Source of the DNA: a virus
Reading direction: 5' to 3' (one strand)
Length of the DNA stretch: 43,890 bases
Virus record (IMG/VR): IMGVR_UViG_3300045988_042144
Location: 1 to 43,890 of that record
Shown here: positions 7,801 to 18,900 of the stretch, piece after piece
How positions within the stretch are numbered: position 1 is the stretch's first letter
How the letters are laid out: each line of letters starts with the position of its first letter
Program-made: the position numbers and the translations under genes
Notes under the pieces: generated by a model
Seen by the model: only the letters and a program-made list of their open reading frames with translations
What the model was told of the DNA's origin: nothing
Databases searched by the model: none

Positions 7801-8796
7801 ATGGAGCTTATCAAGCTGATGACCCTGCAGTTCTTCGCGACTCAGACCACCCTGTTGGACGATCTGAGTCCCGAAATGAAAACCTACTATGAGAAGCGGC
7901 TGATCGACTATGCCGAGCCTGCTCTCGTCCACGACCAGTTTGCGGACAAGTACCCGATCCCCGCTCACGGCGGTAAGACCATTGAGTTCCGCAAATATTC
8001 GCCCCTTGCCAAGGCGCTGACTCCGCTGACCGAAGGCGTGACCCCCAACGGCAACAAGCTGGAAGTCACCGCGATCACCGCGACCGTGGCGCAGTACGGC
8101 GACTACATCGAGATTTCCGATGTGCTCGATCTGACCGCCATCGACCCCAACATGGAGCAGGCGACCAAGCTGCTGGGCGGTCAGGCCGGACGCACGCTGG
8201 ACACCATCACCCGCGAGGTGATCACCGCAGGCACCAACGTCATGTACGCGCCCAAGGCGGACGGCACTCCCGTCACCAGCCGCGCTACTGTGGCTGCGGA
8301 CTGCCTGCTGACCGTGGATACCATCTTTGTGGCCGTGGCGCGGCTGAAGGAAATGAACACCATGCCCATTGACGACTCCTTTGTCGCCATCGTGCATCCC
8401 AACGTGGCTGCCGACCTGATGCGCTCCGAGGCGTGGCAGGGCATCCACAAGTACATGGATGCGACTGCCATCTACAACGGTGAAATCGGCAAGATCGGCA
8501 ACGTGCGCTTTGTCGAGTCCACCGAGGCCAAGTGCTACGGCAAAGTCGGCGCGTCGAATGCGTCCGTCTACGCCACCATGATCATCGGTGCGAACGCCTA
8601 TGCGACCACCGACGTGACCGGCGGCGGCCTGCAGCACATCGTCAAGCAGATGGGTTCTGCCGGTACTGCCGACCCCCTGAACCAGCGCGCGACCACCGGC
8701 TGGAAGGCGATCAAGACGGCGGAGCGTCTGGTCGAGGAGTACATGATCCGCATCGAGCACTCCTCCAAGACCGGTCCCTCCAACCTTGCGAACTAA
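7801..8796 (+). CDS. Major capsid protein (HK97-fold type) with N-terminal Prp-type cleavage motif (MELIKLMTLQFFA|TQTT)
   Basis: 331 aa, position after scaffold, strong RBS, typical capsid-protein composition; strong terminator about 270 nt downstream. Confidence 0.8.
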   Translation: MELIKLMTLQFFATQTTLLDDLSPEMKTYYEKRLIDYAEPALVHDQFADKYPIPAHGGKTIEFRKYSPLAKALTPLTEGVTPNGNKLEVTAITATVAQYGDYIEISDVLDLTAIDPNMEQATKLLGGQAGRTLDTITREVITAGTNVMYAPKADGTPVTSRATVAADCLLTVDTIFVAVARLKEMNTMPIDDSFVAIVHPNVAADLMRSEAWQGIHKYMDATAIYNGEIGKIGNVRFVESTEAKCYGKVGASNASVYATMIIGANAYATTDVTGGGLQHIVKQMGSAGTADPLNQRATTGWKAIKTAERLVEEYMIRIEHSSKTGPSNLAN

Positions 8797-8824
8797 AATG
8801 GCGACGAAGAAAGGAGTAAAAGCT

Positions 8825-9058
8825 ATGCCTTCGACGAGTACTACCCCCGGCGCGTGGGATAAGGTCAAGATCAAGCTCCCCCGCATCCCCGGCTCCCGCA
8901 ACGCGGACGTGTTTGCCCGCGTCAACGACTACACCTGCCTCGTCAAGCGCGGCGTGGAAGTCGAAGTCCCCTACTGCGTGGCACAGGTGCTGCAGACCTC
9001 CGAGGAGCAGGATAACCGCACCGCCGAGCTGATCGAGCAGCTGACCGGGAACACCTAA
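8825..9058 (+). CDS. Small hypothetical virion-module protein (77 aa)
   Basis: ATG with GAAAGGAG RBS inside ORF 8786..9058. Confidence 0.45.
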   Translation: MPSTSTTPGAWDKVKIKLPRIPGSRNADVFARVNDYTCLVKRGVEVEVPYCVAQVLQTSEEQDNRTAELIEQLTGNT

Positions 9059-9065
9059 ACCCACA

Positions 9066-9099
9066 GGGAGGCGGAAACGCCTCCCCTTTATGCTATTTT
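9066..9099 (+). terminator. Rho-independent terminator after the capsid gene block
   Basis: GGGAGGCG-GAAA-CGCCTCCC hairpin followed by a T-rich tract. Confidence 0.7.
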
Positions 9100-9156
9100 G
9101 GCACGACACAGGCCGGTGCAAGCCCGGCAGATAGCTCAAGAGCGAGGAGTGATCAC

Positions 9157-9528
9157 ATGACGATCAATGAGGCCATCAATAAGCTGCGGGACATCAAGCC
9201 CACGCAGTTCGACAACCAGACGCTCGTCGGCTGGCTGTCGGAAGTCGAGCAGAAAATCTTTCAGGAAAACATCCGCTGGCACGAGGGAACGAGCGAGATT
9301 CCCCCGTGGCCGTATGACCCGGAACAGGATATGGACACCGTGCTGCTCATCCCGGAGCCGTACAGCAGCGTATACCTTCGGTATTTGGAGGCGCAGGTGG
9401 ACTATTACAGCGGTGAGTATGTTCGGTATGCCAACAGCATGACGATGTACAACGTCGCGCTGAGTGAGTATGTGGATTGGTACAACCGCAGCCATATGCC
9501 CAAGCAGGACAACTACATTCAGATTTAG
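9157..9528 (+). CDS. Hypothetical head-tail joining/adaptor candidate (123 aa)
   Basis: ORF with RBS; position after capsid. Confidence 0.45.
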   Translation: MTINEAINKLRDIKPTQFDNQTLVGWLSEVEQKIFQENIRWHEGTSEIPPWPYDPEQDMDTVLLIPEPYSSVYLRYLEAQVDYYSGEYVRYANSMTMYNVALSEYVDWYNRSHMPKQDNYIQI

Positions 9529-9538
9529 GAGGCGCGGC

Positions 9539-11257
9539 ATGGGATTTCTTCCGGAGCTTAACACCATCACACAGCAGCGCGAGGTGATCAGCGAGTTCGG
9601 CGGCTACAACCACAACCTGCGCATTGGCGGCTCGGAGTGGTACGACATGACCAATATGTCCTCCAGCCTGTTCCCGCTGATGACGCAGCGCGGAAAGCGG
9701 GCGCGCGTTCGGCAGCTCAACAGGGCCAACGGGCTGTTTGCCCACAACAGGCTCTGTTGGGTGGATGGCATGGATTTCTATTATGACGGCAAACCCAAGG
9801 GCAAAGTGACGGACAGCCGCAAACAGTTCATCGGCATGGGCGCGTACATCCTCATCTGGCCGGACAAGGTGGCCTACAACACCAACACCGACGAGTTCTT
9901 TGCGCTCGGCAACAAGACCGTGACGAGCGGCGAGGTGACGCTGTCCCTGTGCAAGCTGGACGGCTCGCCGTATGAGGGCTACAGTACCGGCGAGACTCCT
10001 CCCGCACAGCCCACGGACGGCGCGCTGTGGCTGGACACGTCCTCTGTTCCGCACACGCTCAAGGTCTACGCGACTTCGACGGCAATGTGGACCCCCGTGG
10101 CCACGACATACATCAAGATCGCGGCGACCGGCATCGGCAAAGGCTTTGCGGAATATGACGGCGTGAGCATCAGCGGCCTTGTCAGCGACCACAACGGCGA
10201 GTTCGTGCTCTACGGAGCCAAGGACGACTACATCATCATCACGGCGCTGATCGACGAGGTGACCAAGCAAACAGACCCCGTGACGGTGGAGAGAAAGATA
10301 CCCGACATGGACTATATGACGGAGTCGGAAAACCGCGTTTGGGGCTGCTCCAACGACAAGCACGAGGTCTACGCCTGCGCGCAGGGCGACCCCAAAAACT
10401 GGAACAAGTTCCTCGGCATCGCCAGCGATTCCTACGCCATGACCGTGGGCACGCCGGGAGACTTCACGGGCGCGGCGACGTACTTGGGCAGCGTGATCTT
10501 TTTCAAGGAAAATGTGCTGCACAAAATTCAGGGCAGCCGCCCCAGCAACTACCAGCTGACCAACACCAACTGCAGAGGCGTGGCCAAGGGAAGCGAAGGC
10601 TCGCTGGTGATCGTCAACGAGACGCTGTACTACAAGAGCCGCAACGATGTCTGCGTCTATCAGGGATCGCTGCCGACCTCCATCTCTGCGCCTCTGGGCA
10701 ACGTGCAGTACAACGATGCCAGCGCGGGCGCGATGAACGGCAAGTATTACATCTCCATGCGCGACCCGGAGGGGCTGGCGCACCTGTTTGTGTTTGACGA
10801 GGCGCGGCAGCTCTGGCACAAGGAGGACAATGCCGCAGCGATTGACTTCGCCGCGCTGGGCGGGGAGCTGTATTACATCGACGAGCGCGACAACTGCCTG
10901 TATTCGGTGGGCGGCAGCATAGGCGACTACGGCGATTCCAAGGCCAAGCCGGAGGACAAGGTCGAGTGGATGATCCAGTCCGGCGACATCGGGCTGGACA
11001 GCCCGGATGCCAAGTACATCTCCCGCTTGCAGCTGCGGATGAACGTGGAGGAGCGGTCGCTGGTGTGCGTGGATGTGCAGTATGACGACGAGGAGGGCTG
11101 GAGGGAGATGTACCGCATCAACCCCGCCGTCAAGCGCTCCTACTCCATCCCCATTGTGCCCAAGCGCTGCGACCATATGCGCATCCGTATGCACGGCTAC
11201 GGGCGCTGCGTGATCTATACGCTGACGCGCAACGTAGAGCAGGGAGGCGATCTGTAA
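9539..11257 (+). CDS. Large virion protein (572 aa), candidate tail hub/tubular protein (P22 gp10 / T7 gp12-like position)
   Basis: Internal ATG with GGAGG RBS in ORF 9464..11257; beta-rich YxxD-type repeats; function inferred from position only. Confidence 0.5.
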   Translation: MGFLPELNTITQQREVISEFGGYNHNLRIGGSEWYDMTNMSSSLFPLMTQRGKRARVRQLNRANGLFAHNRLCWVDGMDFYYDGKPKGKVTDSRKQFIGMGAYILIWPDKVAYNTNTDEFFALGNKTVTSGEVTLSLCKLDGSPYEGYSTGETPPAQPTDGALWLDTSSVPHTLKVYATSTAMWTPVATTYIKIAATGIGKGFAEYDGVSISGLVSDHNGEFVLYGAKDDYIIITALIDEVTKQTDPVTVERKIPDMDYMTESENRVWGCSNDKHEVYACAQGDPKNWNKFLGIASDSYAMTVGTPGDFTGAATYLGSVIFFKENVLHKIQGSRPSNYQLTNTNCRGVAKGSEGSLVIVNETLYYKSRNDVCVYQGSLPTSISAPLGNVQYNDASAGAMNGKYYISMRDPEGLAHLFVFDEARQLWHKEDNAAAIDFAALGGELYYIDERDNCLYSVGGSIGDYGDSKAKPEDKVEWMIQSGDIGLDSPDAKYISRLQLRMNVEERSLVCVDVQYDDEEGWREMYRINPAVKRSYSIPIVPKRCDHMRIRMHGYGRCVIYTLTRNVEQGGDL

Positions 11258-11706
11258 TGCCCGCATTCAGCCTGCCAAACCTCCGAAATGACATCAACTC
11301 CGCGCAAGATATGAAGCAGCTCAAGAACTACCTGTTTATGCTGGTGGAGAACCTTGAATACACGCTCAACAACCTCGATGCGGAAAACCTGACGGCGGAC
11401 TACAACGCCAGCACCAGCTACGCGGCGGTGCATGACGCATCGGTCTCGGCACAGCAGGCGGCAGCACAGGCACAGGCCGTGGCGGTGCAGATCGGCAGAT
11501 ACTCCGTGCAGAGCAGCAAGGTCATTCAGGCGATCAACGAGACCGCCGAGACCGGCCCCATCAAGGGCAGCAAAATCATCACAACGGCGGCGGCGGGAGA
11601 GATCACGCTGCTGGGCAAGGATTCCGCCGGGAACATCGTCCCCTGCAAGATCGCGGTCAGCGGCGATGCGACATCCGGCTATACCATCACGATCAGCGCG
11701 GTATAA
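11257..11706 (+). CDS. Hypothetical virion protein (149 aa), N-terminal coiled-coil-like then beta-rich; tail needle/plug candidate
   Basis: ORF overlaps the previous stop; position. Confidence 0.45.
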   Translation: MPAFSLPNLRNDINSAQDMKQLKNYLFMLVENLEYTLNNLDAENLTADYNASTSYAAVHDASVSAQQAAAQAQAVAVQIGRYSVQSSKVIQAINETAETGPIKGSKIITTAAAGEITLLGKDSAGNIVPCKIAVSGDATSGYTITISAV

Positions 11707-11715
11707 GGAGGAACT

Positions 11716-12957
11716 ATGGCAACCTACTCGACGATCAAGAAAGGGAGCAAGGGCGACAGCGTAAGACAGCTGCAGGAGCTGCTGAACGCCAACGGTTACA
11801 ACCTTGCCTCCGACGGCATCTACGGCTCCAAGACCGCTGCGGCGGTCAAGGACTACCAGTCCCGCAACGGCCTGTCTGTGGACGGCATCACGGGCAATAA
11901 GACGTGGTCGTCCCTGTACGGCGGCGGGAACACGGGCGAGGGCATGGACAGCGGCTTGGGTGGGAGCGTCAGCATGAGCGGCGGCTTCAGCGGCGTTTCC
12001 TCCGCGACCTCCGGCAAGCTGGCGCAGTACGAGGAGGGGCGGCCTGAGTGGGCTCCCTCGAAGGATATGCTCGATCTCAAGGACAAGCTCGACAAGATGG
12101 AGTCCAGCAAGCCGGGTGCGTACCAGAGCAAGTATCAAGCGCAGATCGACGGTCTGCTGGACAAGATTCTCAACCGGGACAAGTTCAGCTACAACTTCAA
12201 CGCCGATCCGCTTTACCAGCAGTACAAGGACCGCTACACCCAGCAGGGCAAGATGGCGATGCAGGACACCATGGCACAGGCGGCGGCGCTCTCCGGCGGC
12301 TACGGCAACTCCTACGCGCAGACGGTCGGCCAGCAGGCCTATCAGGGCTATCTGCAGGGACTGAACGACGTGATCCCGGAGCTGCGCAATCAGGCATATG
12401 AGATGTATCAGGACGAGGGCAACAACATGAAGAGCAACCTGAACATCCTGCAGGGGCTGGAGGACACCGAGTACGGCAAGTACCGTGACACCGTCAACGA
12501 CTATTGGACGGAGCTGAACTACTTCTACAACAAGTTCGGCGACCAGCGGAACTTCGACTTCAACAAGTATTCCAGCGACCTCTCTGCGTGGCAGGCCGAC
12601 CGCGCGTACTGGTATCAGAAATACTACGACGAGCAGCAGCAGGCGAACTGGGCAGCGGAATACAATCTTGCTGCGGCAAAAGTGTCTGGCAGCAGTGGCG
12701 GGAAAACAACCGGAAGAGGCAGAGGACCTGACAGCAAACCCGAGCCTACAGTGAAAAAAACGTATAACAACCAGTCTACGACCGCGCAGGGCAAACTGCT
12801 CAACATTTACGTTCCCGGTTACGGCAATATGTCTGCGAAAAAATTTGAATCTGCAAATGCGGCGGGTCAGATCGCCTACGGCAAAAACCAGTACGGGCAG
12901 ACGATCTATGTCAAGAAGGGCTATAAAGATACTGCCAAATCGACGAAAAAGAAGTAG
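11716..12957 (+). CDS. Virion-associated protein with an N-terminal peptidoglycan-binding domain (PG_binding_1-like) and a Gln/Tyr/Gly-rich body
   Basis: SKGDSVRQLQELLNANGYNLASDGIYGSKTAAAVKDYQSRNGLSVDGITG matches the PG-binding consensus; RBS GGAGGAAC. Confidence 0.65.
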   Translation: MATYSTIKKGSKGDSVRQLQELLNANGYNLASDGIYGSKTAAAVKDYQSRNGLSVDGITGNKTWSSLYGGGNTGEGMDSGLGGSVSMSGGFSGVSSATSGKLAQYEEGRPEWAPSKDMLDLKDKLDKMESSKPGAYQSKYQAQIDGLLDKILNRDKFSYNFNADPLYQQYKDRYTQQGKMAMQDTMAQAAALSGGYGNSYAQTVGQQAYQGYLQGLNDVIPELRNQAYEMYQDEGNNMKSNLNILQGLEDTEYGKYRDTVNDYWTELNYFYNKFGDQRNFDFNKYSSDLSAWQADRAYWYQKYYDEQQQANWAAEYNLAAAKVSGSSGGKTTGRGRGPDSKPEPTVKKTYNNQSTTAQGKLLNIYVPGYGNMSAKKFESANAAGQIAYGKNQYGQTIYVKKGYKDTAKSTKKK

Positions 12958-12966
12958 GAGGTTCGC

Positions 12967-15900
12967 ATGGCCAAGGACAAAAAGAAACGGTCTGCCAATT
13001 ACATCGGTGCTGCGGATGAGCTAGTAAGAAAGGCCAAGGCTGATCCGGAAGGCACCGCCGCCTCTGTATCGGAGTGGGAATCCTCTCAGCGGGAACAAGC
13101 AATTCAGGATCGTGCCGCCCGCGAAATTGCTGCGAAGAATCTTCGCAGCTATATTCAGAGGCATCCCAGCTTTTCCAGAAGCCAAAAGGACGCGACTGCC
13201 GCGGTTATACTCAGAGAAACGACGGATATCAATGCCGCTCGCAGGCGTGAGAATATCGGCAAGGCTCAGCGCGAAATCCAAAGTCAGAACGAGTTGACCT
13301 CGAATCCATACGCGCAGGCAATGCGTAAAACTATGCTCAACCAAGAACGTGCAAGGCTGGACAGTCTGCCGGGGTTTTCTGTGTCTGAATTGGATGCGCT
13401 TGATGACGATGAGCGTAACCGTCGTATAACAGATTGGGCAAAAAGATCGGCTGCGGTGGATCGTGGCCTGGAAAAAACCAATCAGAGCATTGACGCTTAT
13501 AATGCTGCGATGGCTCGTCAGCGCAACGACACTGAACAGGAAGAGCTGAACAAGTATATCAACAATCCCACCGCGATGGTGGCGCGCATGACCATGCTCA
13601 ATCAGGAGCGCGCGAGGCTGGACAGCCTGCCGAGCATGACTCTTGATGAGGCCATGGACTATGGTGCGCGGTCGGCTGCGGTTGATCAAGGGCTGCGCCA
13701 GACAGAGCGGAACCTCTCTGCCTATGACAAGGCAATGGAGCGGTTGAAATTGCAGCGGTATGGCGATACGGTGCGTGAAAATGCGGATTTCACAGAGTAT
13801 TCCAGAAAAGGCGCGTCTGCCGAAAACCCGGATAACCAGTGGCAAGCAGTTTGGACGGGGAACAGAGTAAAGAACCCTGTCACTTATGCCAGAGCCCAAG
13901 CCGAAAAGCCGAAGAATGCTTTTGCACGATTCATGGACAATGCGTTCAATTACGGGCAAAGCGACAGTCCGGGCGATATACAGCGCCTTGCATCCTACAT
14001 GACGAGGGATGAGGTAAACGTATACAATTACCTCTGGGCAAAGGATCAGGAAAACGGCACCAGCGACGCATCCAAGTATTTTACGGATTTGACCAAGACA
14101 CTGTTCGAAAGACAATCCGAAGGATATGTCGAAGGCGCGCAAAAATGGTCTACCGAAAGCGCAGGGAATTCCGCGCTTGCCAGCGGAACGACCGTGCTCC
14201 GCTCCCCCGCGAATGGCGTGGCATATCTGGATGCCCTTGCTACCAAAGCGCAGGGGAAAAGAATCGACCCAAGCAGCGCCACGCAAGTGCAGGCTCGTGT
14301 CAACATCGGCGTTCGAGGTGCAGTGGCGAATGAAATTTCCGACACTGTTTCCAGTGGTACGGGTTCACAGTTTCTTGGGGACGCAACGAGCTTTTTGTAC
14401 CAGACCGGCCTCTCTATAGCGGACTCGGCGCTCAACACGGCCATAACTGGAGGAAACGCGCTTGCATCTTCTGCCCTCATGGGCGGAACTGCTGCCACCA
14501 GCGCGATGCAGGAAGCGTTGGATGGCGGCGCATCTGATACGCAGGCGCTCGCAGTTGGCGGGTTGGCAGGATTCTTCGAGGCGTTCTTCGAGCGGTTCTC
14601 GATTGAGAACTTTTTGAAAATGTCCAGCCCTGCGGCAAAGGGTTCTGCGATTATGAACCTCCTGCGGCAGATGGGCATTGAAGCGTCCGAGGAACTCGGA
14701 ACGGAAGTTGCCGATATAGTATCCGAGTATCTGGTGATGCGTGACATTTCCCAGTACAAGGATGCTACTCCGGGCGAGATCGCGCAGCAAATTGCACTGG
14801 CTGCACTTGGCGGAGCCTTGTCTGGCGGCGTGATGGGCGGAACCGGTCTGCTCGTTAACAATATCCAGTCGAATCAGATCGGTAAAGCTGCATCTCGTGT
14901 CGGCGTGAGCGACAGTGTGATTCTGGACGCGCTGAATTCGAACGATCCCAGCGCACGCGCCTTGGCACAGCAAATGCTCGACGGGGAAGCAAAGACGAAC
15001 TCTCAGAATGTTGGCAAACTGTACGCCAGCCTTGCCGAGAACGGCGAATACAGCAACTACGACACCGAGGCGATCCTGCGTGCCGCTGCCGAGGAGGCCG
15101 CAGCCGAAAAGCAGCAGAAGAAGAACAGCAAAACTGCCCAGCGGCAGACTGCCTCCCAGAACGCCCAGAATGCCCCTGAGAGCGTTTCCGCGCAGGAGCA
15201 GACCAATCGCACCAACACGGAAGAAAATGCCCAGCAGACCCGCAAGCAGCCCCGCGTGGACTATGCCACGAACGTGGTGGACAACGAAGAGACTGACATT
15301 ACGGGCATCCACTCCGTCGAGGACGGCACGGTGTATGTGCAGGCGGGAGATAACGTTGTCGCGCTGAACGACGTGGAGTTTGCCAACGCGGACATCGGCG
15401 AGTTGTATGAGCGCGCCGGGAAATATGGAACGGAGGCGGCGCAGCGTTTTGTGAAGGCGTATGACGGCGGCTCTGTGGAGCAGTATGCCAAGGGCTTTGA
15501 CGCGATGTACCGAGCCGCCAGAGACGGTGTTGCCTACGACACGGCGCTGCAGCAGAGTCTCTATGTGGAGAACTACTTAAGCGAGGATCAGCGGATGCAG
15601 GCGTATGCCGCCGGGCAGAGCACCTCTTCGCAGACCCAGACGCAGGTTGCAACCAATCAGGAACAGGTTGCAACTGAGCAGCAAGTTGAAAAACCCCAGA
15701 ACACTGAGGTTTCTGCCGCTGTGCAGACCGAAACAAAGGCGGCGCAGCAAGTTAAAAAGGCAGCCAAGCCCGGCCTGACGCGCAGCTATGCGCGCGCGGA
15801 GCTGACGAGCGAGCAGCGCAGCGCCATCAAGAAGAATCGCGGCCAGCTTCAGGTGGTGGACACGCTGGCCAAGAAGTACGGGCGCGAGGTCGTGCTGGTC

Positions 15901-18900
15901 GGCAGCCTGCAGGGCATGGAGATCAACGGTCAGACGGTCGAGCAGAGCGCCAACGGCGTGTTCGATCCTTCCAGCGGACGTATCTATATCGCAGCGGATG
16001 CGCAGGACGGCGCGTTTGCCTACGTCGCCATGCATGAGCTGGCGCACAGCGTCCGCGCCGCAAGCGAGAGCGATTACAACGCCCTTCAGACCACGGTGTT
16101 CGACGCGCTGACCAAGAACGGGCAGAATGTGGACGATCTGGTCAAATACCAGATGGACACGTTCGGCTACTCCGAAGACGTGGCGCGAGAGGAAGTCGTG
16201 GCTAACTCTGCCGCGACGGTGCTGACGGACGAGGAGTTCGTGCGCAATCTGTACAACAACGAGCACAGCCTGTTTGAGCAGATTCGCAAGTTCTTCAATG
16301 AACTGGCGGAGACCTTCAAACAGCTCACCCAGAGCGCGAGCTGGAGTCAGGACGCTGCGCTCACGCCGGAGAACGTGCGCGCCATCGCAGAGGTGTTCGA
16401 CCGGGTGGCGGCGGATACGGCATACGCAGAACGGGAAAATGCTGTGAATTCTCCCCAAAATAAGTTCAATTTTGTGGATTATTCCGAGCGAGAAAAACTT
16501 GGTTGGGAGGGAAGCAAAAGCATTGTTCTTTACGAGAATGATGCACAACTTGATAGGTTCGTGCAGACTGCCATTGAAGACAAATCAATTCATAAGAAAT
16601 TGTATTTTGGCAAAATCCCGTCAGAATTGAGCACTGAAGTGTTCGAAAAAACAGGAGTTAATGTTGATGGGTACAATTTTACGCTAAGAGCGGATGAGAT
16701 CAGAAAGATACTAAAAGACCATGGACAAAGGGCAAAGGAGGCTAACAGAGGGCAACAACCAATTACGCAGAAGGACTTCGCACGAATCCCAACGGTTGTT
16801 TTGAATCCGGATAATATAAAACTTTCTGATAAGCTCTTTGAGGGGAAACCTGTAATCCTTTTTGAAAAAGAAATAAATGGGAGAAAGACGGTAGTAGCCT
16901 ATGTAACAAAAAAACACATGGATTTGACTGTGCAAACCATGTATTTTGGTAAAGAAAAAGGGAGCAGACCCACTACGCCGAGTGATGCTTCAAGCATCGT
17001 CTTGCAAACGTCCGAAACGCTTAGTGGTAATGCTCCCATTACAACGGTAGCAGAAGCATCTGACGTTGTCAAGGGGGCGGTAGAAGATATCTCTGCCAAA
17101 ACCACAGACAATAATTCTGACAGCGGCATCAAGCTCTCCGTCAAGGACGTGGAGCCTGCCGACGCGAAGAAGCTGCAGCGGGAGAACGACAAGCTCAAGA
17201 GCGCGCTGGAGAACGCGCGCGCACAGCTGCGGCTGACGGATGGGATGCAGGTGGACGAGAAGGCGGTCACTAAGCTGGCGCGCGGCATCGTCACGGATTA
17301 CAGCAGCAAGGCCGACGTGACCAAGCTCTCAAGCGACCTGTACCAGCTCTTCAACTACGCCTCTCACAGCCCGGACACCGATGCAGCGTTTTCCGAACTG
17401 AACGACATCGGCATCGGTTTGGCACGACAGGTGATCGAGCAGTCGCAGCAGGTGGACACCTCTGTATCGGAGCAGTTCTCCGATCTCAAGGACTACCTGA
17501 AGAGCACGCCCATCCGGCTGACGGACGCGCAGAAGGAGCAGATCGCGGCCTCTTACGGCAGCTTGGCCAACTTCCGCAAGGAATATCGCGGCACGATCAA
17601 GATTTCAAACGACGGCGTTGCGTTGGACACGGTGATCGGCGAAATGGCAGAGTCCTATCCGTTTCTGTACGACGGCATTCAGGGCGGCGACCTCATCGAG
17701 ACGCTGACCAACGCAGCCGACGTGACTAAGCCGCAGATCGTCAATCCGTACTACATGGATATGGACGGCGCGGCGGCTGACCTGTGGCTGGAAATCCAGC
17801 AACGGTATACGGACACGCCCATGGTGCAGACCTATGCCGACAAGCAGAAGGCCAAGCTGGTCGAGCTGAAACAGCAGCAGAAGCAGCAGATCAAAGACCT
17901 GCGCCAGCAGGCAAAGGATGAAATGGACGTTGCGCTGCAAATCGCCAAGGAACGCGCCCAGCGGCAGCAGGACGCTGCTGTGCGCGGAGAGCGCCAGAAG
18001 CAGCAGGTCAAGACCGAAAAGCTCAAGGCAAAGAACCAGCAGCTCAGAACGGACATTGAGAACGAGCGCATTGCGAACGCTATCAACCGTGCGCTGGCAT
18101 CCAAGCGGTATGCTGCACTCAAGGAGCAACGCACCGCGGATCTCAAAACCCAGCGAGAGACCATCAAAACGCGGGAAAGAGTCGGCAGGTACAAAGACCG
18201 CATCAAGGCGGCGGCAATGACGCTGTCGGCATGGAACACGTCCCCCAGCGACAAGCGGTTTGTGCCGGAGGGGCTGCGCAGGGCGGTATCCGACTTTGTC
18301 AGCGCCATCGACATGGGCTTTAAGGAGGGCAGCAAGGTCTCCGAAAACTGGAAAGCGCGGATGCGGCAGATGCAGATCGCCGTGGAGAACGCGCAGAGGA
18401 GTTCGCCCGACGTGGGCATGGCGACGTGGGATCAGGAAACCGTGGACAACCTCGCCTCGCTGACCGCGCTGATCGAGGGCAACGACAACATCAAGAGCCT
18501 CCGCGACCTGAGTGAGCCACAGCTCAAGGCGCTGGCGGACGTGCTCAACGGCATCAAGCACGAGGTCATCAACGCCAACAAGATGTTTGTCAACGGCAGG
18601 CGCGAAAGCCTTTCCAAGGCGGCGGACAGCGAGATTGAGCGGATGGGCTCCCGGAAGACCGGCAAGGTCCGCAAGCAGCTCCAGAAGATCATGGACAGCA
18701 AGCTCATGCTGGGCAACACCAAGCCTATCTTCCTGATGGACAGCCTCGGCGGCGAGTACGAGCGGATCGGCAGAGACCTTTTCAACGGTCGTACCGAGGC
18801 GGCGTTCATTCTGCGGGATTCCAAGGACTTTCACTCCGGCCTGAAAAAGCGCTACCACGTCGACAAGTGGCTGGATCAGAAGGGCGATGTGCTGACGCTG

